Shown here: positions 28,966 to 38,410 of the stretch, one piece after another
Layout of the letters: every line of letters begins with the position of its first letter
Numbering within the stretch: position 1 is the stretch's first letter
From: Actinomycetes bacterium
GTDB taxonomy: Bacteria; Actinomycetota; Acidimicrobiia; Acidimicrobiales; JAMCPL01
Length of the DNA: 64,000 nt
Assembly (NCBI GenBank): GCA_021846515.1
Contig: JAJZWU010000007.1
Coordinates: 13,505-77,504, forward strand
Reading direction: 5' to 3'
Notes under the pieces: generated by a model
Seen by the model: the letters and a program-made list of their open reading frames with translations, nothing else
Told to the model about the DNA's origin: nothing
The model's database searches: none
Program-made: the position numbers and the translations under genes

Positions 28966-29814
28966 TTAATGCCCGAGCAGGTTGGCTATCAGCAATGATG
29001 CCAATTTGGGACGCTCCGCATAACAGGCATGTCCTGCCGACTGGACAAGTGATACCGTCGCATTTGCGCCGATCAACCGTGCCATGCGTAACGCGTAATA
29101 TGAATATCTCCCATCCAGCATTCCAGCGATGCAGTGAACGGGCATTGCCAGCTCATGCAACCTGCCCCAAAGAGAATCACATGCGCCCGCACCACACAAC
29201 CGTAAACTAGAGGATAAACCGGCTGGAGTGTTTGTCATACGCTCCGCTATCATCCTGGACTGTGCTGGAAGTGTGGAAAAAAGAGGCTGTTCTGTCCATC
29301 TTTCCAAAAACGTAGCAAGATCGGGTCTTCCCTCCTCAAGCGATATGGCCAGCGCATCGTCTGAAGATTTTCGAGCAATCCTCGCATCTTCATCCTCTAT
29401 GCCGGCACTTCCTGATACAAGAATCAGAGCTTCAATCAGCTCTGGGGAAGATAGTGCCAAATAAAGGCAGATGCGGGCACCCATTGAATATCCTATATAT
29501 ACCCCACGGCCAAAGGTCTTACCAAGTGACCCAGCTGTCTCCCATGGCCCGGTTTGTACTGACGATGATAGACCATGGCCCGGCAGGTCTACACCATAGA
29601 TAGAGGAGGACAGACGATGAAGTGCTAAGCGTGACGTGATGACAGCTTCGGACGACTCGAGTTCTGTCTTCAAGCCAACAGGAACATATCCATAAGGATC
29701 ATTATCCGATGGGAATACTTTGGAAATGGGCTCCAATGCAGAGTCCAGTTCCTCTGCAAAGGGGATCATGCACTTTGCATTTTGAGTGAATCCATGTACC
29801 AGGAGTATCTTCAA
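28966..29814 (-). CDS. menH: Alpha/beta hydrolase, probable SHCHC synthase
   Basis: LVHGFTQ, DLPGHG, GYSMG nucleophile, AGH; divergent from menD; TTG start at 29814 is tentative. Confidence 0.8.
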   Translation of the reverse strand: MKILLVHGFTQNAKCMIPFAEELDSALEPISKVFPSDNDPYGYVPVGLKTELESSEAVITSRLALHRLSSSIYGVDLPGHGLSSSVQTGPWETAGSLGKTFGRGVYIGYSMGARICLYLALSSPELIEALILVSGSAGIEDEDARIARKSSDDALAISLEEGRPDLATFLERWTEQPLFSTLPAQSRMIAERMTNTPAGLSSSLRLCGAGACDSLWGRLHELAMPVHCIAGMLDGRYSYYALRMARLIGANATVSLVQSAGHACYAERPKLASLLIANLLGH

Positions 29815-29907
29815 TATGCTGACTACACTACCACTGGCTGATTTGGCAGAAAAATATTTACCTGTATGGTAATTTGCACCAGGGTTTCTTGGCACTACAC
29901 TTGGTTA

Positions 29908-31857
29908 ATGATAATGAGTAATGTTCCCAAGCCAGAGGATGTGCAGGCAACCTTTTGCCTGACATTGGTAGATGAGTGGGTGCGCGGGGGGATAGAGCAC
30001 GCCGTAGTCTGCCCAGGATCCAGGTCGACTCCACTGGCATTGGCACTTGAAGCAAATCCGCGTGTCAATATCCATGTGCATCTCGATGAACGTTCCGCCG
30101 GATTTGTGGGATTGGGAATTGCCTTGGCCACAGGGATTCCTGCAATTATATGCGTGACCAGTGGAACTGCTGCAGCGGAGCTTCACCCAAGTGTGGTCGA
30201 GGCGCATCATCAGGGAGTGCCATTGATTGTATGTACTGCAGATAGGCCATCAGAGCTAAGAAGTGTCGGAGCACCTCAGACCGTCGATCAGAACATAATA
30301 TATACCACTTCAGCCAGATACTACCTTGATATACCTCCAGCTGGGTGGGAGATGAGAGCCATGTGGAGATCATTGGCTGCAAGAGCGTATAGCGAGGCAC
30401 TATACAGTCCTTATGGCCCAGGACCCGTCCATCTAAATTGCCAGTTTCGTGAACCCCTGGTTGGCCAATATCTGGACATGCCCGCCGGTAGACCTGACGG
30501 CAGGATGTGGCATTCTATTGTCAGTCGACGCATGGATGGTGGTAGTGTTGCCTTTGAACATGTAACAGGCACTGACACTACCGGTAGCTCAGATGTACTG
30601 ACTGGCAATGCCGACGAGGGTCTATCCACCGAGCTTTTAATTCACAATATTGTCAGCAAGGCTAAAGGGATCATTGTGGTTGGGCAGTTGCCTCCAGATG
30701 TACTCGACGAGAGAATGTCTATTATTAAGTTGGCCAGAGCGCTTGGTTGGCCGTTGCTTGCCGATCCATTATCCATGTGTAGGACTTCCGATCCTGAGGT
30801 AATTGCCGGAGCTGATGCTATATTGCAAGATGCTGATGTGCGTTCACGTCTACGTCCTGATGCAGTTATCAGATTCGGCAAACCCTGGGCATCAAAGACT
30901 CTGAATAACTGGCTGGCTGAATTGGGTGATAGCGGCGTAGAGCAATTGCTGGTAGATCCCTACTGGCAATGGAGTGACCCGGGACGGGTGTCGTCTTTCA
31001 TCGCCGACCACAAACCAGTGTCGCTTCTCAGGGCAGTGGAAAATAACTCAGCCATTATCAGAGATAACCAAGATTGGCTGCAGCTTTGGCAAGTGGCCGA
31101 TGCGGCCGTACAGGAGGGTATTGACAAGTGGTGTATGGATCATGATGAAATTACAGGTGTTGGATTGGCCAGGGAAGTATTTGCGCGCTGCGCCGGTAAG
31201 GCAACATTAGTAGTGTCTTCATCCATGCCCGTCCGCGACGCTGAGCGCTTCGCCCAAAAGCTTGAGAGTCCACCGAAGGTCTTCTCTAACCGAGGCGCCA
31301 ACGGTATTGATGGTGTAGTTTCAACTGCCAGAGGAATTGCTGAATCCGGGAAGTGGCGCCAAACTGTTGTATGGGTAGGTGATCTTGCCTTCTTCCACGA
31401 CTTGACTGCTCTACTGCGTACTGCCGGCCAATCGACACCCGACAACCGGCTAACCGTGATCGTTATGGACAATGGTGGCGGAGGAATATTCTCGTTCCTA
31501 TCCCAAGCTGAAAAACTGGATAGCCACACTATGGAGAGATTGTTTACGACAAAACAGGAACAGAACGTTGTAGAGATCGCAAAGAGTCTTGGCGCAAAGG
31601 TAGTTAGCGTAGATACCATGGAGGGAGTACGAGCGGCGCTTCGAGATCATGTAGTTGGCCTGGAGGCAGATGGCCCTCTCCCCCTGGAGGATTCCACTGC
31701 CAGTACACCGGTTAATATATCTAGCCACGATATAAGCTTGATAACGGTGATTCACGCAAATGCCCCCAGCGTACTGGAGTCGGCGCAGATCCAGCTTGAA
31801 TTACAACGGCAAATCTCTGGACACTCGCTACAAGCTGTTATCGCCGAAAGTTCTTAG
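29908..31857 (+). CDS. menD: SEPHCHC synthase
   Basis: CPGSRSTPLA, DERSAGF, TSGTA, TADRP, SSMPVRD, NRGANGIDG, GDLAFFHD, NGGGGIF. Confidence 0.95.
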   Translation: MIMSNVPKPEDVQATFCLTLVDEWVRGGIEHAVVCPGSRSTPLALALEANPRVNIHVHLDERSAGFVGLGIALATGIPAIICVTSGTAAAELHPSVVEAHHQGVPLIVCTADRPSELRSVGAPQTVDQNIIYTTSARYYLDIPPAGWEMRAMWRSLAARAYSEALYSPYGPGPVHLNCQFREPLVGQYLDMPAGRPDGRMWHSIVSRRMDGGSVAFEHVTGTDTTGSSDVLTGNADEGLSTELLIHNIVSKAKGIIVVGQLPPDVLDERMSIIKLARALGWPLLADPLSMCRTSDPEVIAGADAILQDADVRSRLRPDAVIRFGKPWASKTLNNWLAELGDSGVEQLLVDPYWQWSDPGRVSSFIADHKPVSLLRAVENNSAIIRDNQDWLQLWQVADAAVQEGIDKWCMDHDEITGVGLAREVFARCAGKATLVVSSSMPVRDAERFAQKLESPPKVFSNRGANGIDGVVSTARGIAESGKWRQTVVWVGDLAFFHDLTALLRTAGQSTPDNRLTVIVMDNGGGGIFSFLSQAEKLDSHTMERLFTTKQEQNVVEIAKSLGAKVVSVDTMEGVRAALRDHVVGLEADGPLPLEDSTASTPVNISSHDISLITVIHANAPSVLESAQIQLELQRQISGHSLQAVIAESS

Positions 31858-31912
31858 CTGCCTATTGTCCTAAAATATACAAGTTAATCAGTAAATACAC
31901 AGATTACTGCTG

Positions 31913-31918
31913 TATAAT
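31913..31918 (+). promoter_or_regulatory. -10 element TATAAT, 8 nt before the sedolisin ATG
   Basis: Consensus hexamer in a short intergenic region with no SD sequence. Confidence 0.55.
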
Positions 31919-31926
31919 CTATTGCA

Positions 31927-34900
31927 ATGAAACACTCGATCGGCATGGCATCAGCTACGTTATGTGCATTATCACTTATTGCGGTCACATTTACGCCAAG
32001 CTCAGCTTACGCTTATACGCCATCTCCAATAAACCAACTAGTTCCTATTGGTAGTACTGTCCCGGTCCCTCACAATGCATTATTCAAGGGATTGGTTCCA
32101 TCAAATACCTCGTTACATATAGACATAGTGATGCATCCAAGAGATCCGAGCGCTCTTGCAAACTTTGTAAAAGAGGTCTCTACTCCAGGATCACCAGAAT
32201 ATCGCCATTTTCTTGCCAAAGGACAGTTTGCTTCTGTCTTTGGGCCGACCAAGAGCCAGATTACCCAGGTACGAACAACTCTTTCATCAGAGGGGTTGAC
32301 ACTGGGTCCAACAAGTAGTAATGGACTTGTAATCCCACTAACCACAACAGCTAGAAAGCTGTCTGAGAGTCTCCATACAAAGCTTGCCTATTATCGCCTA
32401 CGTTCTGGCAGGATAGCTATGGCCAATACAACTGCTCCAATGCTACCAGCATCCATCGCAACGACAGTCCAAAACATAGTAGGACTGAACAACCTCTACC
32501 TGCCAAAACCGGCAGTAATGCTTGCACCCGGATCATCTGTCTCCACAGAAATAAATACCCACCCAACAGCTCTATCCAATCTGCACAAGCTCTTATCACA
32601 CAAGCAATCTGAATCTCTATCTAATCCAGCCAATATTGCATCTACGCAATTGGCCACCGGAGACACCACGCCACACCAAGAATCATCGCCACTGACATCT
32701 GCCCTACAGGCACCTGCACCACAGACATCCAGTCCACCATCACCTTGTACAAGTGCAACAAGCACCGCTACAGCCTATAGTGCATATACCGCAAACCAGA
32801 TTGCCTCTGCTTATGGCTTAACCAGCGCATACAACAAGGGTGATTTTGGAGCAGGTGAGACTATTGCCCTTTACGAACTTGCACCATTTACCTCATCCGA
32901 TATAAGCGCTTACCAGAGTTGCTACGGAACGAATGCCACTGTAACCACATTACAGGTAGATGGTGGGGCGCCATCTGGAACAGGTGGATCTATAGAAGAC
33001 ACACTAGATATAGAAGATTTAATCGGATTAGTTCCACAGGCCACCATAGATGTCTACGAAGCTCCACAGACAGGTTCAGGCCCCTTTGACGGCTATAACC
33101 AGATAGCTACCAATGACAGTGCCCAGGTGGTATCCACAAGCTGGGCATTATGTGAGCCACTGACTGGCAAATCATATGCACAATCAGAAGAGACCATATT
33201 TGAGCAGATGGCGGCACAGGGACAGTCGGTACTTGCCGCATCCGGCGACACTGGATCGGCAGGATGCTACCCAAATGGTAGCTCACCTGGCTTTACAACT
33301 GTATCATGTGCATCGTCTTCTATATGTTGGGCAGGCGACGCAGGTGGGTACGCTAATGAGTGGACTGGCAGTTCGTGGGACTCATCTTTACAGTCTATTC
33401 CCAATATGTCGACTAACGGAGTAGGATCCATATCATGTCCAGAAACCGCCTTCTGTATAGCAACAGGTTACTATGGAAGCCACTATTCGACCTGGACTCC
33501 GAGTGGAGGGTGGACAAGTCCCACCTCCACTACCCCCCTGTCGGGTAATTACGATTCTGTCATGGCATGTGCCTCGTCGTCTATGTGCTGGCTGGTAGAT
33601 ACCAATGGGAACGGGACTGAATGGACCGGCAGCTCATGGTCGGCAAAGACGACAATAGACAGTTCGATAGGATCTGCTACTGTCAGCGCTACCGCAGTGA
33701 TACCAAGTATATTCTGCCCTTCTGCAAGCCTATGTCTGGTTACATATGGCGTGCTTACATCCAATAGTACCTATCAAAATACAAGCGTCTACTGGAATGG
33801 CTCAACTTGGACATCTCCTGTAACCCTCAGCGATACGACTGGAGCTGTGACATCCCTGTCATGTGCGCCTGGAACATCTGGTCCATGTTGGGCAGTGGAC
33901 TCTGCGGGTAATGGAATTAAATGGGCATCCTCCAGTTGGGCAACTTCCACTACTGCGGTAGATCCTGGAGAAGACCTGTCTGCAATATCGTGTGCGTCTT
34001 CCAGCTCATGTTTTGTCCTTGCTGGAAACAACAACCTCCATGCAATCGAGTGGAACGGATCATCGTGGCAATCCCCCACATCTACAGGAGCAGGGTTAGA
34101 GGGAGGGAGCATTTTCCCTACAGGCCTATCCTGCCCCACATCTAGTTTCTGCATGGGAGTGACCAGTGGCGGTAGCGCCATTGAATGGGATGGCACCTGG
34201 GGTAATTATCAGCAAGTAGATGGCATAAGCTCCCTATCTGTCAATGACCCGGCAAGTGATCCCTATGTTACAGGAGTAGGTGGCACCGACATGACATCTC
34301 CTACCACACCTCCAACAGAGACGGTATGGAACGAAAAAATGGCATCAGAAGGAGGGGGAGGGGGGGGTATATCTACCTTCTGGCAGATGCCCTCATGGCA
34401 ACAGAATAACAGCTTACCTGGAGTTATAAACTCATACTCTACCGCTACGCTCTGCAGCGCACAGTCTGGCAGCTATTGCAGAGAGGTGCCGGACGTATCT
34501 GGATCAGCTGACCCGATGCATGGTTATGTAATCTACTACAAGGGCAACTGGACGGCAGAGGGAGGCACCAGCGCCGCTACTCCAACATGGGCGTCACTTG
34601 TAACGCTGACCGATGAAGAATACGGCTCGGTTGATAATTCCTCAGGAAAAGTGACTGGAGGATTGGGATTTTTGAACCCTGCTCTTTATTCCATAGATGC
34701 AAGCACACCCTCAGCATTTAACAACATTACTACCGGCAACAACAATGATTACACGGGAACCAACAAAGGCGACTACCCTGTCGCCACATCCAGCCAGCGA
34801 TACTCAATGGCGGCTGGTCTCGGATCGCCCAATGGATCGGTATTGATCGGCGCTATCGTAAGCTACATGTCGATCACGCCTACTCCTTCTGTAACTGGGG

Positions 34901-36381
34901 TGAGTCCAACCAGTGGTTTCACATCTGGTGGCACAACTGTGACAATTACCGGTACAAACTTCACTTCCTCTGCGACAGTGAAGTTCGGCACTGTTACGGC
35001 AACTGCTGTAACAGTAAGCTCCGCTACGTCTATTACCGCAACCTCTCCTGCAGAGTCTGCAGGTACTGTCAATGTAACTGTCACTACTTCAGGTGGAACT
35101 AGCGCCATAAGCTCAGCTGATCAGTTCACCTATATAGCTGGATATACATATACACCGGTAACGCCATTTCGGATATGCGACACAAGGCCAAACAACCCCT
35201 CCAACCTCTCTGGAACGGCACTTAGCCAATGCGAAGGAAAGACCCTTAATGCCAATACGTCTATTACAATCCAGGTGTCGGGACTCGGATCTGTACCTAT
35301 AAGTGCAACAGGTGCAGTATTGAACATAACGGCCATCATGCCCACACAGCCCACCTACCTTACTGTCTATCCCTCCAGCGATACCACAAGGCCAACCGCA
35401 TCCAGTCTTAATGCAAATACCGATACTACAGTTGCCAACCTGGTAGAGGTTTCACTTCCAACAAACGGAAAGATCACCATATACAACTTCACCGGACAGC
35501 TAAATGTTGCTGTAGACGTAGAAGGATACACAACCACAACAACCGGAGCCAGCCTCTACCAGCCACTTACAAACCCACAACGCCTTGTAGATACCAGGTG
35601 CTCTGAGGCATCGTTCAAAGCGGCAAACTCCACCTATTGCAGTACAATTCCATCCAGTAACTCATCTTTGACTGCCCTTGCACCAGGTGATACAGAAAAT
35701 ATCCAGATATCAGGACTTGGGGGACTACCGTCAAATGGCATAACGGCGGTGGTTCTAAATGTTACCTCCACAGGCACAGAAAAAGGTGGCTATTTCACCC
35801 TGTATCCCGCTGGATCACAAAGACCAACCGCATCAAACTTGAACTGGGTGTCAGGAAAGGCGGTGGCAAATAGAGTAATAGTGCCGGTAGCAAACGGTAA
35901 GGTATCTCTCTATTCGTCTACCTATGCACAGGCAATAGTGGATGTATCTGGATACTTCTCGGATGCGACTACAGGTAACTATCTTATCCCCATATCACCA
36001 ACAAGGATATGTGATACCAGACCAGGTAATCCCTCCGGGCTTACAGGTATAGATGCCCAGTGTAACGGAGACACTCTAAATCCCCTATCCAAGCTGGAGG
36101 TGAAGGTGGAAGGTGCTGGGGGACTACCATCTTCTGGCATAACGGCAGTCATAATAAACCTCACCGCAGCAGGAGCAAGCACAAGCGGCTACCTATCTGT
36201 AAATCCCGCCTCTATTCCACCTACCACCTCTGATCTTAACTGGACAGGAAAAGAGGATATAGCAGTTCCAAACCTGGTCGTAGCGACACTAAACTCAAGT
36301 GGGTATATCACCATCTACAATGGCTCTGGTATATCTACGGTAAATGTAATAGTGGACGTAACCGGGTACATGACCGAATAA
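31927..36381 (+). CDS. Secreted S53 sedolisin-family peptidase: prodomain, split catalytic domain with Cys/Trp repeat insert, IPT/TIG domain, three C-terminal PxRxxDTR repeats
   Basis: Signal peptide; TPGSPEYRHFL prodomain; EDTLD (E357/D361); ASGDTG (D441); PASDPYVTGVGGT; REVPDVS; GGTSAATP (S882); PSVTGVSPTSG IPT/TIG. Confidence 0.9.
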   Translation: MKHSIGMASATLCALSLIAVTFTPSSAYAYTPSPINQLVPIGSTVPVPHNALFKGLVPSNTSLHIDIVMHPRDPSALANFVKEVSTPGSPEYRHFLAKGQFASVFGPTKSQITQVRTTLSSEGLTLGPTSSNGLVIPLTTTARKLSESLHTKLAYYRLRSGRIAMANTTAPMLPASIATTVQNIVGLNNLYLPKPAVMLAPGSSVSTEINTHPTALSNLHKLLSHKQSESLSNPANIASTQLATGDTTPHQESSPLTSALQAPAPQTSSPPSPCTSATSTATAYSAYTANQIASAYGLTSAYNKGDFGAGETIALYELAPFTSSDISAYQSCYGTNATVTTLQVDGGAPSGTGGSIEDTLDIEDLIGLVPQATIDVYEAPQTGSGPFDGYNQIATNDSAQVVSTSWALCEPLTGKSYAQSEETIFEQMAAQGQSVLAASGDTGSAGCYPNGSSPGFTTVSCASSSICWAGDAGGYANEWTGSSWDSSLQSIPNMSTNGVGSISCPETAFCIATGYYGSHYSTWTPSGGWTSPTSTTPLSGNYDSVMACASSSMCWLVDTNGNGTEWTGSSWSAKTTIDSSIGSATVSATAVIPSIFCPSASLCLVTYGVLTSNSTYQNTSVYWNGSTWTSPVTLSDTTGAVTSLSCAPGTSGPCWAVDSAGNGIKWASSSWATSTTAVDPGEDLSAISCASSSSCFVLAGNNNLHAIEWNGSSWQSPTSTGAGLEGGSIFPTGLSCPTSSFCMGVTSGGSAIEWDGTWGNYQQVDGISSLSVNDPASDPYVTGVGGTDMTSPTTPPTETVWNEKMASEGGGGGGISTFWQMPSWQQNNSLPGVINSYSTATLCSAQSGSYCREVPDVSGSADPMHGYVIYYKGNWTAEGGTSAATPTWASLVTLTDEEYGSVDNSSGKVTGGLGFLNPALYSIDASTPSAFNNITTGNNNDYTGTNKGDYPVATSSQRYSMAAGLGSPNGSVLIGAIVSYMSITPTPSVTGVSPTSGFTSGGTTVTITGTNFTSSATVKFGTVTATAVTVSSATSITATSPAESAGTVNVTVTTSGGTSAISSADQFTYIAGYTYTPVTPFRICDTRPNNPSNLSGTALSQCEGKTLNANTSITIQVSGLGSVPISATGAVLNITAIMPTQPTYLTVYPSSDTTRPTASSLNANTDTTVANLVEVSLPTNGKITIYNFTGQLNVAVDVEGYTTTTTGASLYQPLTNPQRLVDTRCSEASFKAANSTYCSTIPSSNSSLTALAPGDTENIQISGLGGLPSNGITAVVLNVTSTGTEKGGYFTLYPAGSQRPTASNLNWVSGKAVANRVIVPVANGKVSLYSSTYAQAIVDVSGYFSDATTGNYLIPISPTRICDTRPGNPSGLTGIDAQCNGDTLNPLSKLEVKVEGAGGLPSSGITAVIINLTAAGASTSGYLSVNPASIPPTTSDLNWTGKEDIAVPNLVVATLNSSGYITIYNGSGISTVNVIVDVTGYMTE
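33301..34200 (+). repeat. Seven degenerate intragenic repeats (xSCxSxxxC...WxGxxW)
   Basis: VSCASSSIC, ISCPETAFC, MACASSSMC, IFCPSASLC, LSCAPGTSGPC, ISCASSSSC, LSCPTSSFC, each followed by a W-x3/4-W motif. Confidence 0.85.
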
Positions 36382-36395
36382 CTACACAGTCATAC

Positions 36396-37304
36396 TCAAA
36401 TCAGCAATCCGGCTACAAGAAGCAGCCCTGCGAGCATCTCCAAAAATGCGGTAGAGCCAAGTAGCGCCAAAAGGTCACGACCGGTCAACCGAGAAAGGGC
36501 AAGTGGTACACTACGTTTAGTCACCGCAAAAGCAACCAGTGCCAACAGCACCCAAGGACGATACACGCTTATAAGAACAATACCTATCGCGGCACATAAA
36601 AGCACTCCCACGTACATCATACCTGCCCTACTTCTTCCCAAGCGGACGGCAAGAGTCAATTTATTCTCCCTCCTGTCGCCCTCTATGTCCCTTAAATTAT
36701 TTGCCTGTAAAATAGCCACTGCCAACATTCCCACGGGTATTGAAGCCAGTAGCCCCTCTATCCAGTAAAGATGACCATCACCCACTACATAAGCACTCCC
36801 TACCGTAGCAACTACGCCAAAGAAGATAAATACAAACAGCTCTCCAAATCCAAGACTGGCGTATGGTTTTGGCCCACTCGAATATCCTATCGCGGCGATG
36901 CCGGCAAGTGCCCCCACAATCAATATCCACCACTGATCGATCATTGCCGCCAATAAAAGGCCACAGATACCGGCTACAGTCATCGAAACCAACGCTGCAA
37001 ATGCAACCTGTTTGGGAGGAACAGATCCAGAAGCGGTCAGCCGCGAGGGGCCTGTCCTCTCTCTATCCCTACCCGCCACCCCGTCAGAATAATCGTTTGC
37101 ATAGTTCACACCTATCTGCAATGAGACAGAAACCAACAGAGCTAGAAACGCTCTTATCCACTGATCAGCACTCAGGCCATGAGCGAAGCCAACGGCACCG
37201 GAATGCCTACTTGCTACCAGAGCTACGCCTACTGCAACAGGTACTGCTGCAGCAACAAGAGTACGCGGCCTGGCTCCGGCAACCCACAGCTTAAAATAAC
37301 TCAT
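36396..37304 (-). CDS. menA: 1,4-dihydroxy-2-naphthoate polyprenyltransferase
   Basis: GARPRTL, QIGVNYANDYSD, ANNLRDIEGD, KLTLAVRLG; multiple TM segments. Confidence 0.94.
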   Translation of the reverse strand: MSYFKLWVAGARPRTLVAAAVPVAVGVALVASRHSGAVGFAHGLSADQWIRAFLALLVSVSLQIGVNYANDYSDGVAGRDRERTGPSRLTASGSVPPKQVAFAALVSMTVAGICGLLLAAMIDQWWILIVGALAGIAAIGYSSGPKPYASLGFGELFVFIFFGVVATVGSAYVVGDGHLYWIEGLLASIPVGMLAVAILQANNLRDIEGDRRENKLTLAVRLGRSRAGMMYVGVLLCAAIGIVLISVYRPWVLLALVAFAVTKRSVPLALSRLTGRDLLALLGSTAFLEMLAGLLLVAGLLI

Positions 37305-37325
37305 CCGACCTGCCTAATTTTACAA

Positions 37326-38219
37326 TCATGGCCTGCGAGGAAACTTGGCAAAATCAGGTTTACGCTTTGCACGATATGCGTCCCTGCCCTCCTGCCCTTC
37401 TTCGGTCATGTAAAACAACATAGTGGCATCACCTGCCAATTGCTGTATACCCGCAAGGCCATCATCTGCCGCATTGAATCCGCCTTTCAGCATTCGTAGA
37501 GCTATTGGTGACAGCTGAAGGATGCGCCTGCACCATGCAACAGTCTCGGTCTCCAACGATGCAAGCGGAACCACAGCATTGACAAGTCCCCACTCAAGTG
37601 CCTGCTCGGCATCGTACTGTCTACAGAGAAACCATATCTCCTTTGCTCTCTTAAGTCCTATAGTTCTGGCAAGCAATCCAGCTCCGTAACCACCATCAAA
37701 GCTCCCTACCACAGGACCAGTCTGTCCAAAACGGGCATTATCGGCGGCAATAGTTAGATCACATACAAGGTGAAGGACATGCCCACCACCTATAGCATAT
37801 CCAGCTACCATGGCTATCACGGGCTTGGGGGTTCTTCTTATCTGTATCTGCAGATCAAGTACATTCAATCTTCCTATGTGCCTTCCTCCCAACTCATCGT
37901 CACCTATGTAACCATCATCTCCCCTAATGCGCTGATCGCCGCCGGAGCAAAATGCCCTATCTCCCTGCCCGGTAAGGACGATGACACCGACCTCCGGATC
38001 ATCCCTTGCCATATTCATTGCCTCGGTTAGCTCAAACAACGTCTGTGGCCGAAAGGCGTTATGTACCTCCGGACGGCAGATGGTCAGCTTGGCAATTCCA
38101 TCTGCAGTTTCGTAGGTAATATCATGCCAGTTGCCTGCAGGCTTCCAATCCGGTGGAGGCAACAGCCTGAGTTCTTCAAGTGGATCAGTTCTTCTGGATG
38201 GTTGTTCTATTGGCATCAT
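37326..38219 (-). CDS. menB: 1,4-dihydroxy-2-naphthoyl-CoA synthase
   Basis: [40 protein letters not shown]. Confidence 0.97.
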   Translation of the reverse strand: MMPIEQPSRRTDPLEELRLLPPPDWKPAGNWHDITYETADGIAKLTICRPEVHNAFRPQTLFELTEAMNMARDDPEVGVIVLTGQGDRAFCSGGDQRIRGDDGYIGDDELGGRHIGRLNVLDLQIQIRRTPKPVIAMVAGYAIGGGHVLHLVCDLTIAADNARFGQTGPVVGSFDGGYGAGLLARTIGLKRAKEIWFLCRQYDAEQALEWGLVNAVVPLASLETETVAWCRRILQLSPIALRMLKGGFNAADDGLAGIQQLAGDATMLFYMTEEGQEGRDAYRAKRKPDFAKFPRRP

Positions 38220-38320
38220 TACATTCTATGCTATCAGCCGACCCACTTGGCCAATGGCAGCATCCATTAGGCTATCCCGCAAGTACATCTTATGCTACCA
38301 GCCTGCCTGGCCAATTGCTG
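38220..38320. repeat. Imperfect direct repeat, two copies offset by 64 nt, in the menB/menE intergenic region
   Basis: tacattctatgctatcagcc...tggccaat (38220) versus tacatcttatgctaccagcc...tggccaat (38284). Confidence 0.7.
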
Positions 38321-38410
38321 TCTCAAACTAACGATTACCCCGAAACTGCAACCATGAACTCACAGCATCAATGATGGCGTAGGCCGGCAATAGCGGTACT
38401 ATCTAATAGT

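Noticed and set aside
33274-34230. Intein within the sedolisin
   Set aside because: No terminal HN/C-S-T splice junction or LAGLIDADG motifs; the insert is a repeat domain in a secreted protein
34351-34367. G-rich tract as a phase-variation site in the sedolisin gene
   Set aside because: Encodes the conserved Gly-rich S53 motif, is in frame, and the longest run is only about 8 G
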